64,000 nucleotides of DNA, from NCBI GenBank assembly GCA_040954595.2, contig CM082585.2, forward strand, positions 3,502,902-3,566,901. Reading direction: 5' to 3'. Shown in pieces: positions 52,501-64,000 of the stretch. Each line of letters opens with the position of its first letter. The stretch's first letter is position 1. The notes under the pieces were generated by a model that did no database searches, was not told where the DNA came from, and saw only the letters and a list, made by a program, of their open reading frames with translations. A program made the translations under genes and the position numbers. The DNA comes from Balanoglossus misakiensis (lineage: Eukaryota > Animalia > Hemichordata).

Positions 52501-55500
52501 TGTCGTTCATTAAGCGGGCGTGGTATATAACGCATAGGGATAGGAGAAGGGCAGGCGGAAAGCCGTCGTGTGTCTGAGCTTCTCCGGCGAGACCTCGCAC
52601 AAATCCCCGACGAGTTAGAAAGAGAACTCGCAGTGTCGTTCATTAAGCAGGCGTGGTATATAACGCATAGGGATAGGAGAAGGGCAGGCGAAAAGCGGTC
52701 GTGTGTCTGAGCTTCTCCGGCGAGACCTCGCACAAATCCCCGCCGAGTTAGAAAGGGAACTCGCGGTGTCGTTCATAAGCAGGCATGGTATATAACGCAT
52801 AGGGATATGAGAAGAGCGGGCGGAAAGCCGTCGTGTGTCTGAGCTTCCCCGGCGAGACCACGCACAAATCCCCGCCGAGTTAGTAAGGGAACTCGTGGTG
52901 TCTTCATTAAGCAGGCGTGGTATATAACGCATAGGGATAGGAGAATGGCTGGCGGAAAGCGGTCGTGTGTCTGAGCTTCCCCGGCGAGACCTCGCACAAA
53001 TCCCCGACGAGTTAGAAAGGGAACTCGCAGTGTCGTTCATTAAGCAGGCGTGGTATATAACGCATAGGGATAGGAGAAGGGCGGGCGGAAAGCGGTCGTG
53101 TGTCTGAGCTTCCCCGGCGAGACCTCGCACAAATCCCCGACGAGTTAGAAAGGGAACTCGCAGTGTCGTTCATTAAGAAGGCGTGGTATATAACGCATAG
53201 GGATATGAGAAGGGCGGGCGGAAAGCTGTCGTGTGTCTGAGCTTCTCCGGCGAGACCTCGCACAAATCCCCGACGAGTTAGAAAGAGAACTCGCAGTGTC
53301 GTTCATTAAGCAGGCGTGGTATATAACGCATAGGGATAGGAGAAGGGCGGGCGAAAAGCGGTCGTGTGTCTGAGCTTCTCCGGCGAGACCTCGCACAAAT
53401 CCCCGCCGAGTTAGAAAGGGAACTCGCGGTGTCGTTCATTAAGCAGGCATGGTATTTAACGCATAGGGATATGAGAAGAGCGGGCGGAAAGCGGTCGTGT
53501 GTCTGAGCTTCCCCGGCGAGACCACGCACAAATCCCCGCCGAGTTAGAAAGGGAACTCTCAGTGTCGTTCATTAAGCGGGCGTGGTATATAACGCATAGG
53601 GATAGGAGAAGGGCAGGCGGAAAGCCGTCGTGTGTCTGAGCTTCTCCGGCGAGACCTCGCACAAATCCCCGACGAGTTAGAAAGAGAACTCGCAGTGTCG
53701 TTCATTAAGCAGGCGTGGTATATAACGCATAGGGATAGGAGAAGGGCAGGCGAAAAGCGGTCGTGTGTCTGAGCTTCTCCGGCGAGACCTCGCACAAATC
53801 CCCGCCGAGTTAGAAAGGGAACTCGCGGTGTCGTTCATAAGCAGGCATGGTATATAACGCATAGGGATATGAGAAGAGCGGGCGGAAAGCCGTCGTGTGT
53901 CTGAGCTTCCCCGGCGAGACCACGCACAAATCCCCGCCGAGTTAGTAAGGGAACTCGTGGTGTCTTCATTAAGCAGGCGTGGTATATAACGCATAGGGAT
54001 ATGAGAAGAGCGGGCGGATAGCCGTCGTGTGCCTGAGCTTCCCCGGCGAGACCACGCACAAATCCCCGCCGAGTTAGAAAGGGAACTCTCAGTGTCGTTC
54101 ATTAAGCGGGCGTGGTATATAACGCATAGGGATAGGAGAAGGGCGGGCGGAAAGCGGTCGTGTGTCTGAGCTTCTCCGGCGAGACCTCGCACAAATCCCC
54201 GACGAGTTAGAAAGAGAACTCGCAGTGTCGTTCATTAAGCAGGCGTGGTATATAACGAATAGGGATAGGAGAAGGGCGGGCGAAAAGCGGTCGTGTGTCT
54301 GAGCTTCTCCGGCGAGACCTCGCACAAATCCCCGGCGAGTTAGAAAGGGAACTCGCGGTGTCGTTCATTAAACAGGCGTGGTATATAACGCATAGGGATA
54401 GGAGAAGGGCGGGCGGAAAGCGGTCGTGTGTCTGAGCTTCTCCGGCGAGACCTCGCACAAATCCCCGCCGAGTTAGAAAGGGAACTCGCGGTGTCGTTCA
54501 TTAAGCAGGCGTGGTATATAACGCATAGGGATAGGAGAAGGGCGGGCGGAAAGCGGTCGTGTGTCTGAGCTACCCCGGCGAGACCTCGCACAATTCCCCG
54601 ACGAGATAGAAAGGGAACTCGCGGTGTCGTTCATTAAGCGGGCGTGGTATATAACGCATAGGGATAGGAGAAGGGCGGGCGGAAAGCGGTCGTGTGTCTG
54701 AGCTTCTCCGGCGAGACCTCGCACAAATCCCCGACGAGTTAGAAAGGGAACTCGTGGTGTCGTTCATTAAACAGGCGTGGTATATAACGCATAGGGATAG
54801 GAGAAGGGCGGGCGGAAAGCGGTCGTGTGTCTGAGCTTCCCCGGCGAGACCTCGCACAAATCCCCGACGAGTTAGAAAGGGAACTCGAGGTGTCGTTCAT
54901 TAAGCAGGCGTGGTATATAACGCATATGGATAGGAGAATGGTGGAAAGCGGTCGTGTGTCTGAGCTTCCCCGGCGAGACCTCGCACAAATCCCCGACAAG
55001 TTAGAAAGGGAACTCGCAGTGTCGTTCATTAAGCAGGCGTGGAATATAACGCATAGGGATAGGAGAAGGGCGGGCGGAAACGGTCGTGTGTCTGAGCTTC
55101 TCCGGCGAGACCTCGCACAAATCCCCGCCGAGTTAGAAAGGGAACTCGCGGTGTCGTTCATTAATCGGGCGTGGTATATAACGCATAGGGATAGGAGAAG
55201 GGCGGGCGGAAAGCGGTCGTGTGTCTGAGCTTCTCCGGCGAGACCTCGCACAAATCCCCGGCGAGTTAGAAAGGGAACTCGCAGTGTCGTTCATTAAGCA
55301 GGCGTGGTATATAACGCATAGGGATAGGAGAAGGGCGGGCGGAAAGCGGTCGTGTGTCTGAGCTTCTCCGGCGAGACCTCGCACAATTCCCCGACGAGAT
55401 AGAAAGGGAACTCGCGGTGTCGTTCATTAAGCAGGCGTGGTATATAACGCATAGGGATAGGAGAAGGGCGGGCGGAAAGCCGTCGTGTGTCTGAGCTTCT

Positions 55501-58500
55501 CCGGCGAGACCTCGCACAAATCCCCGACGAGTTAGAAAGGGAACTCTTGGTGTCGTTCATTAAACAGGCGTGGTATATAACGCATAGGGATAGGAGAAGG
55601 GCGGGCGGAAAGCGGTCGTGTGTCTGAGCTTCTCCGGCGAGACCTCGCACAAATCCCCGACGAGTTAGAAAGGGAACTCGTGGTGTCGTTCATTAAACAG
55701 GCGTGGTATATAACGCATAGGGATAGGAGAAGGGCGGGCGGAAAGCGGTCGTGTGTCTGAGCTTCTCCGGCGAGACCTCGCACAAATCCCCGACGAGTTA
55801 GAAAGGGAACTCGTGGTGTCGTTCATTAAACAGGCGTGGTATATAACGCATAGGGATAGGAGAAGGGCGGGCGGAAAGCGGTCGTGTGTCTGAGCTACCC
55901 CGGCGAGACCTCGCACAAATCCCCGCCATGTTAGAAAGGGAACTCGCGGTGTCGTTCATCAAGCAGGCGTGGTATATAACGCATAGGGATAGGAGAAGGG
56001 CGGGCGGAAAGCGGTCGTGTGTCTGAGCTTCTCCGGCGAGACCTCGCACAAATCCCCGACGAGTTAGAAAGGGAACTCGTGGTGTCGTTCATTAAACAGG
56101 CGTGGTATATAACGCATAGGGATAGGAGAAGGGCGGGCGGAAAGCGGTCGTGTGTCTGAGCTTCCCCGGCGAGACCTCGCACAAATCCCCGACGAGTTAG
56201 AAAGGGAACTCGCTGTGTCGTTCATTAAGCAGGCGTGGTATATAACGCATAGGGATAGGAGAATGGCGGAAAGCGGTCGTGTGTCTGAGCTTCCCCGGCG
56301 AGACCTCGCACAAATCCCCGACAAGTTAGAAAGGGAACTCGTGGTGTCGTTCATTAAACAGGCGTGGTATATAACGCTTAGGGATAGGAGAAGGGCGGGC
56401 GGAAAGCGGTCGTGTGTCTGAGCTTCTCCGGCGAGACCTCGCACAAATCCCCGACGAGTTAGAAAGGGAACTCGTGGTGTCGTTCATTAAACAGGCGTGG
56501 TATATAACGCATAGTGATGGATAGGAGAAGGGCGGGCGGAAAGCGGTCGTGTGTCTGAGCTTCTCCGGCGAGACCTCGCACAAATCCCCGCCGAGTTAGA
56601 AAGGGAACTCGCGGTGTCGTTCATTAAGCAGGCGTGGTTTATAACGCATAGGGATAGGAGAAGGGCGGGCGGAAAGCGGTCGTGTGTCTGAGCTTCCCCG
56701 GCGAGACCTCGCACAAATCACCGCCGAGTTAGAAAGGGAACTCGAGGTGTCGTTCATTAAGCAGGCGTGGTATATAACGCATAGGGATAGGAGAATGGCT
56801 GGCGGAAAGCGGTCGTGTGTCTGAGCTTCCCCGGCGAGACCTCGCACAAATCCCCGACGAGTTAGAAAGGGAACTCGCAGTGTCGTTCATTAAGCAGGCG
56901 TGGTATATAACGCATAGGGATAGGAGAAGGGCGGGCGGAAAGCGGTCGTGTGTCTGAGCTTCCCCGGCGAGACCTCGCACAAATCCCCGACGAGTTAGAA
57001 AGGGAACTCGCAGTGTCGTTCATTAAGAAGGCGTGGTATATAACGCATAGGGATATGAGAAGGGCGGGCGGAAAGCTGTCGTGTGTCTGAGCTTGTCCGG
57101 CGAGACCTCGCACAAATCCCCGACGAGTTAGAAAGAGAACTCGCAGTGTCGTTCATTAAGCAGGCGTGGTATATAACGCATAGGGATAGGAGAAGGGCGG
57201 GCGAAAAGCGGTCGTGTGTCTGAGCTTCTCCGGCGAGACCTCGCACAAATCCCCGCCGAGTTAGAAAGGGAACTCGCGGTGTCGTTCATTAAGCAGGCAT
57301 GGTATTTAACGCATAGGGATATGAGAAGAGCGGGCGGAAAGCGGTCGTGTGTCTGAGCTTCCCCGGCGAGACCACGCACAAATCCCCGCCGAGTTAGAAA
57401 GGGAACTCTCAGTGTCGTTCATTAAGCGGGCGTGGTATATAACGCATAGGGATAGGAGAAGGGCAGGCGGAAAGCCGTCGTGTGTCTGAGCTTCTCCGGC
57501 GAGACCTCGCACAAATCCCCGACGAGTTAGAAAGAGAACTCGCAGTGTCGTTCATTAAGCAGGCGTGGTATATAACGCATAGGGATAGGAGAAGGGCGGG
57601 CGAAAAGCGGTCGTGTGTCTGAGCTTCTCCGGCGAGACCTCGCACAAATCCCCGCCGAGTTAGAAAGGGAACTCGCGGTGTCGTTCATAAGCAGGCATGG
57701 TATATAACGCATAGGGATATGAGAAGAGCGGGCGGAAAGCCGTCGTGTGTCTGAGCTTCCCCGGCGAGACCACGCACAAATCCCCGCCGAGTTAGTAAGG
57801 GAACTCGTGGTGTCTTCATTAAGCAGGCGTGGTATATAACGCATAGGGATATGAGAAGAGCGGGCGGATAGCCGTCGTGTGCCTGAGCTTCCCCGGCGAG
57901 ACCACGCACAAATCCCCGCCGAGTTAGAAAGGGAACTCTCAGTGTCGTTCATTAAGCGGGCGTGGTATATAACGCATAGGGATAGGAGAAGGGCGGGCGG
58001 AAAGCGGTCGTGTGTCTGAGCTTCTCCGGCGAGACCTCGCACAAATCCCCGACGAGTTAGAAAGAGAACTCGCAGTGTCGTTCATTAAGCAGGCGTGGTA
58101 TATAACGAATAGGGATAGGAGAAGGGCGGGCGAAAAGCGGTCGTGTGTCTGAGCTTCTCCGGCGAGACCTCGCACAAATCCCCGGCGAGTTAGAAAGGGA
58201 ACTCGCGGTGTCGTTCATTAAACAGGCGTGGTATATAACGCATAGGGATAGGAGAAGGGCGGGCGGAAAGCGGTCGTGTGTCTGAGCTTCTCCGGCGAGA
58301 CCTCGCACAAATCCCCGCCGAGTTAGAAAGGGAACTCGCGGTGTCGTTCATTAAGCAGGCGTGGTATATAACGCATAGGGATAGGAGAAGGGCGGGCGGA
58401 AAGCGGTCGTGTGTCTGAGCTACCCCGGCGAGACCTCGCACAATTCCCCGACGAGATAGAAAGGGAACTCGCGGTGTCGTTCATTAAGCAGGCGTGGTAT

Positions 58501-61500
58501 ATAACGCATAGGGATAGGAGAAGGGCGGGCGGAAAGCCGTCGTGTGTCTGAGCTTCTCCGGCGAGACCTCGCACAAATCCCCGCCGAGTTAGAAAGGGAA
58601 TTCGCGGTGTCGTTCATTAAGCAGGCGTGGTATATAACGCATAGGGATAGGAGAAGGGCGGGCGGAAAGCGGTCGTGTGTCTGAGCTTCTCCGGCGAGAC
58701 CTCGCACAAATCCCCGGCGAGTTAGAAAGGGAACTCGCAGTGTCGTTCATTAAGCAGGCGTGGTATATAACGCATAGGGATAGGAGAAGGGCGGGCGGAA
58801 AGCGGTCGTGTGTCTGAGCTTCTCCGGCGAGACCTCGCACAATTCCCCGACGAGATAGAAAGGGAACTCGCGGTGTCGTTCATTAAGCAGGCGTGGTATA
58901 TAACGCATAGGGATAGGAGAAGGGCGGGCGGAAAGCCGTCGTGTGTCTGAGCTTCTCCGGCGAGACCTCGCACAAATCCCCGCCGAGTTAGAAAGGGAAC
59001 TCGCGGTGTCGTTCATTAAGCAGGCGTGGTATATAACGCATAGGGATAGGAGAAGGGCGGGCGGAAAGCGGTCGTGTGTCTGAGCTTCTCCGGCGAGACC
59101 TCGCACAAATCCCCGGCGAGTTAGAAAGGGAACTCGCAGTGTCGTTCATTAAGCAGGCGTGGTATATAACGCATAGGGATAGGAGAAGGGCGGGCGGAAA
59201 GCGGTCGTGTGTCTGAGCTTCTCCGGCGAGACCTCGCACAATTCCCCGACGAGATAGAAAGGGAACTCGCGGTGTCGTTCATTAAGCAGGCGTGGTATAT
59301 AACGCATAGGGATAGGAGAAGGGCGGGCTGAAAGCCGTCGTGTGTCTGAGCTTCTCCGGCGAGACCTCGCACAAATCCCCGCCGAGTTAGAAAGGGAACT
59401 CGCGGTGTCGTTCATTAAGCAGGCGTGGTATATAACGCATAGGGATAGGAGAAGGGCGGGCGGAGAGCGGTCGTGTGTCTGAGCTTCTCCGGCGAGACCT
59501 CGCACAAATCCCCGGCGAGTTAGAAAGGGAACTCGCAGTGTCGTTCATCAAGCAGGCGTGGTATATAACGCATAGGGATAGGAGAAGGGCGGGCGGAAAG
59601 CGGTCGTGTGTCTGAGCTTCTCCGGCGAGACCTCGCACAAATCCCCGACGAGTTAGAAAGGGAACTCGTGGTGTCGTTCATTAAACAGGCGTGGTATATA
59701 ACGCATAGGGATAGGAGAAGGGCGGGCGGAAAGCGGTCGTGTGTCTGAGCTTCTCCGGCGAGACCTCGCACAAATCCCCGGCGAGTTAGAAAGGGAACTC
59801 GCAGTGTCGTTCATTAAGCAGGCGTGGTATATAACGCATAGGGATAGGAGAAGGGCGGGCGGAAAGCGGTCGTGTGTCTGAGCTTCTCCGGCGAGACCTC
59901 GCACAAATCCCCGACGAGTTAGAAAGGGAACTCGTGGTGTCGTTCATTAAACAGGCGTGGTATATAACGCATAGGGATAGGAGAAGGGCGGGCGGAAAGC
60001 GGTCGTGTGTCTGAGCTTCTCCGGCGAGACCTCGCACAAATCCCCGACGAGTTAGAAAGGGAACTCGTGGTGTCGTTCATTAAACAGGCGTGGTATATAA
60101 CGCATAGGGATAGGAGAAGGGCGGGCGGAAAGCGGTCGTGTGTCTGAGCTTCTCCGACGAGACCTCGCACAAATCCCCGACGAGTTAGAAAGGGAACTCG
60201 TGGTGTCGTTCATTAAACAGGCGTGGTATATAACGCATAGGGATAGGAGAAGGGCGGGCGGAAAGCGGTCGTGTGTCTGAGCTACCCCGGCGAGACCTCG
60301 CACAAATCACGCCGAGTTAGAAAGGGAACTCGTGGTGTCGTTCATTAAACAGGCGTGGTATATAACGCATAGGGATAGGAAAAGGGCGGGCGGAAAGCGG
60401 TCGTGTGTCTGAGCTTCTCCGGCGAGACCTCGCACAAATCCCCGCCGAGTTAGAAAGGGAACTCGCGGTGTCGTTCATTAAGCAGGCGTGGTATATAACG
60501 CATAGGGATAGGAGAAGGGCGGGCGGAAAGCGGTCGTGTGTCTGAGCTACCCCGGCGAGACCTCGCACAAATCCCCGCCGAGTTAGAAAGGGAACTCGCG
60601 GTGTCGTTCATCAAGCAGGCGTGGTATATAACGCATAGGGATAGGAGAAGGGCGGGCGGAAAGCGGTCGTGTGTCTGAGCTTCTCCGGCGAGACCTCGCA
60701 CAAATCCCCGACGAGTTAGAAAGGGAACTCGTGGTGTCGTTCATTAAACAGGCGTGGTATATAACGCATAGCATATAGGGATAGGAGAAGGGCGGGCGGA
60801 AAGCGGTCGTGTGTCTGAGCTTCCCCGGCGAGACCTCGCACAAATCCCCGACGAGTTAGAAAGGGAACTCGCTGTGTCGTTCATTAAGCAGGCGTGGTAT
60901 ATAACGCATAGGGATAGGAGAATGGCGGAAAGCGGTCGTGTGTCTGAGCTTCCCCGGCGAGACCTCGCACAAATCCCCGACAAGTTAGAAAGGGAACTCG
61001 CGGTGTCGTTCATCAAGCAGGCGTGGTATATAACGCATAGGGATAGGAGAAGGGCGGGCGGAAAGCGGTCGTGTGTCTGAGCTTCTCCGGCGAGACCTCG
61101 CACAAATCCCCGACGAGTTAGAAAGGGAACTCGTGGTGTCGTTCATTAAACAGGCGTGGTATATAACGCATAGGGATAGGAGAAGGGCGGGCGGAAAGCG
61201 GTCGTGTGTCTGAGCTTCCCCGGCGAGACCTCGCACAAATCCCCGACGAGTTAGAAAGGGAACTCGCTGTGTCGTTCATTAAGCAGGCGTGGTATATAAC
61301 GCATAGGGATAGGAGAATGGCGGAAAGCGGTCGTGTGTCTGAGCTTCCCCGGCGAGACCTCGCACAAATCCCCGACAAGTTAGAAAGGGAACTCGTGGTG
61401 TCGTTCATTAAACAGGCGTGGTATATAACGCTTAGGGATAGGAGAAGGGCGGGCGGAAAGCGGTCGTGTGTCTGAGCTTCTCCGGCGAGACCTCGCACAA

Positions 61501-64000
61501 ATCCCCGACGAGTTAGAAAGGGAACTCGTGGTGTCGTTCATTAAACAGGCGTGGTATATAACGCATAGGGATGGATAGGAGAAGGGCGGGCGGAAAGCGG
61601 TCGTGTGTCTGAGCTTCTCCGGCGAGACCTCGCACAAATCCCCGCCGAGTTAGAAAGGGAACTCGCGGTGTCGTTCATTAAGCAGGCGTGGTTTATAACG
61701 CATAGGGATAGGAGAAGGGCGGGCGGAAAGCGGTCGTGTGTCTGAGCTTCCCCGGCGAGACCTCGCACAAATCACCGCCGAGTTAGAAAGGGAACTCGAG
61801 GTGTCGTTCATTAAGCAGGCGTGGTATATAACGCATAGGGATAGGAGAATGGCTGGCGGAAAGCGGTCGTGTGTCTGAGCTTCCCCGGCGAGACCTCGCA
61901 CAAATCCCCGACGAGTTAGAAAGGGAACTCGCAGTGTCGTTCATTAAGCAGGCGTGGTATATAACGCATAGGGATAGGAGAAGGGCGGGCGGAAAGCGGT
62001 CGTGTGTCTGAGCTTCCCCGGCGAGACCTCGCACAAATCCCCGACGAGTTAGAAAGGGAACTCGCAGTGTCGTTCATTAAGAAGGCGTGGTATATAACGC
62101 ATAGGGATATGAGAAGGGCGGGCGGAAAGCTGTCGTGTGTCTGAGCTTCTCCGGCGAGACCTCGCACAAATCCCCGACGAGTTAGAAAGAGAACTCGCAG
62201 TGTCGTTCATTAAGCAGGCGTGGTATATAACGCATAGGGATAGGAGAAGGGCGGGCGAAAAGCGGTCGTGTGTCTGAGCTTCTCCGGCGAGACCTCGCAC
62301 AAATCCCCGCCGAGTTAGAAAGGGAACTCGCGGTGTCGTTCATAAGCAGGCATGGTATATAACGCATAGGGATATGAGAAGAGCGGGCGGAAAGCCGTCG
62401 TGTGTCTGAGCTTCCCCGGCGAGACCACGCACAAATCCCCGCCGAGTTAGTAAGGGAACTCGTGGTGTCTTCATTAAGCAGGCGTGGTATATAACGCATA
62501 GGGATATGAGAAGAACGGGCGGATAGCCGTCGTGTGCCTGAGCTTCCCCGGCGAGACCACGCACAAATCCCCGCCGAGTTAGAAAGGGAACTCTCAGTGT
62601 CGTTCATTAAGCGGGCGTGGTATATAACGCATAGGGATAGGAGAAGGGCGGGCGGAAAGCGGTCGTGTGTCTGAGCTTCTCCGGCGAGACCTCGCACAAA
62701 TCCCCGACGAGTTAGAAAGAGAACTCGCAGTGTCGTTCATTAAGCAGGCGTGGTATATAACGAATAGGGATAGGAGAAGGGCGGGCGAAAAGCGGTCGTG
62801 TGTCTGAGCTTCTCCGGCGAGACCTCGCACAAATCCCCGGCGAGTTAGAAAGGGAACTCGCGGTGTCGTTCATTAAACAGGCGTGGTATATAACGCATAG
62901 GGATAGGAGAAGGGCGGGCGGAAAGCGGTCGTGTGTCTGAGCTTCTCCGGCGAGACCTCGCACAAATCCCCGCCGAGTTAGAAAGGGAACTCGCGGTGTC
63001 GTTCATTAAGCAGGCGTGGTATATAACGCATAGGGATAGGAGAAGGGCGGGCGGAAAGCGGTCGTGTGTCTGAGCTACCCCGGCGAGACCTCGCACAATT
63101 CCCCGACGAGATAGAAAGGGAACTCGCGGTGTCGTTCATTAAGCAGGCGTGGTATATAACGCATAGGGATAGGAGAAGGGCGGGCGGAAAGCCGTCGTGT
63201 GTCTGAGCTTCTCCGGCGAGACCTCGCACAAATCCCCGCCGAGTTAGAAAGGGAATTCGCGGTGTCGTTCATTAAGCAGGCGTGGTATATAACGCATAGG
63301 GATAGGAGAAGGGCGGGCGGAAAGCGGTCGTGTGTCTGAGCTTCTCCGGCGAGACCTCGCACAAATCCCCGGCGAGTTAGAAAGGGAACTCGCAGTGTCG
63401 TTCATTAAGCAGGCGTGGTATATAACGCATAGGGATAGGAGAAGGGCGGGCGGAAAGCGGTCGTGTGTCTGAGCTTCTCCGGCGAGACCTCGCACAATTC
63501 CCCGACGAGATAGAAAGGGAACTCGCGGTGTCGTTCATTAAGCAGGCGTGGTATATAACGCATAGGGATAGGAGAAGGGCGGGCGGAAAGCCGTCGTGTG
63601 TCTGAGCTTCTCCGGCGAGACCTCGCACAAATCCCCGCCGAGTTAGAAAGGGAACTCGCGGTGTCGTTCATTAAGCAGGCGTGGTATATAACGCATAGGG
63701 ATAGGAGAAGGGCGGGCGGAAAGCGGTCGTGTGTCTGAGCTTCTCCGGCGAGACCTCGCACAAATCCCCGGCGAGTTAGAAAGGGAACTCGCAGTGTCGT
63801 TCATTAAGCAGGCGTGGTATATAACGCATAGGGATAGGAGAAGGGCGGGCGGAAAGCGGTCGTGTGTCTGAGCTTCTCCGGCGAGACCTCGCACAATTCC
63901 CCGACGAGATAGAAAGGGAACTCGCGGTGTCGTTCATTAAGCAGGCGTGGTATATAACGCATAGGGATAGGAGAAGGGCGGGCGGAAAGCGGTCGTGTGT
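49600..64000. repeat. ~4-5-kb higher-order unit in about 3 copies with internal monomer-block indels
   Basis: Marker offsets are 5045, 4912 and 3850 (copy 1 to 2) and 5054 and 4655 (copy 2 to 3). Examples: 4-bp insertion monomers near 51605, 56517 and 61571, and the aacgaatag variant near 54255, 58105 and 62760. Confidence 0.85.

Larger units (their letters stand above)
38175..64000. repeat. Tandem array B of the same 133-bp monomer, same orientation (~194 copies, open at the right edge)
   Basis: Begins sharply at gttcattaagcaggcg (38175) and keeps the 133-bp period to the window end. Length variants include 129, 131, 132, 134, 137 and 140 bp. Confidence 0.99.

Noticed and set aside
179-63894. 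Hundreds of 60-172 aa ORFs (MRGLAGEAQ..., MSELPRR...)
   Set aside because: 133 is not a multiple of 3, so frames shift every monomer. The ORFs overlap each other, mostly use alternative starts, change freely with indels and resemble no protein family I recognise.
1-64000. CRISPR array (leader plus degenerate last repeat gives a superficial likeness)
   Set aside because: There are no unique spacers; the entire 133 bp is repeated, and no cas genes are present.

Overview
The window is almost entirely non-coding tandem DNA. A GC-rich (~57% by hand count), CpG-rich 133-bp repeat forms two same-orientation arrays: 1-36601 (~275 monomers) and 38175-64000 (~194 monomers). All ORF-track entries are repeat by-products and no protein-coding gene is supported. 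The arrays are separated by a ~1.57-kb island containing an old, degenerate AT-rich ~165-bp repeat followed by a ~290-bp GC-rich leader with a TATA-like box about 30 nt before the right array begins. The left array ends in a uniquely diverged, self-complementary monomer with A/B-box-like motifs, followed by TTTTT. The array start and end are in register (126-nt unit plus 7-nt linker). My best hypothesis, which is inference and untested, is a promoter-[unit]n-terminator cassette: a small structured RNA gene or SINE-like unit amplified internally into a satellite. Nested higher-order duplications of 0.5-9 kb are readable from shared variants. The organisation looks eukaryotic, but the organism cannot be determined from the sequence.
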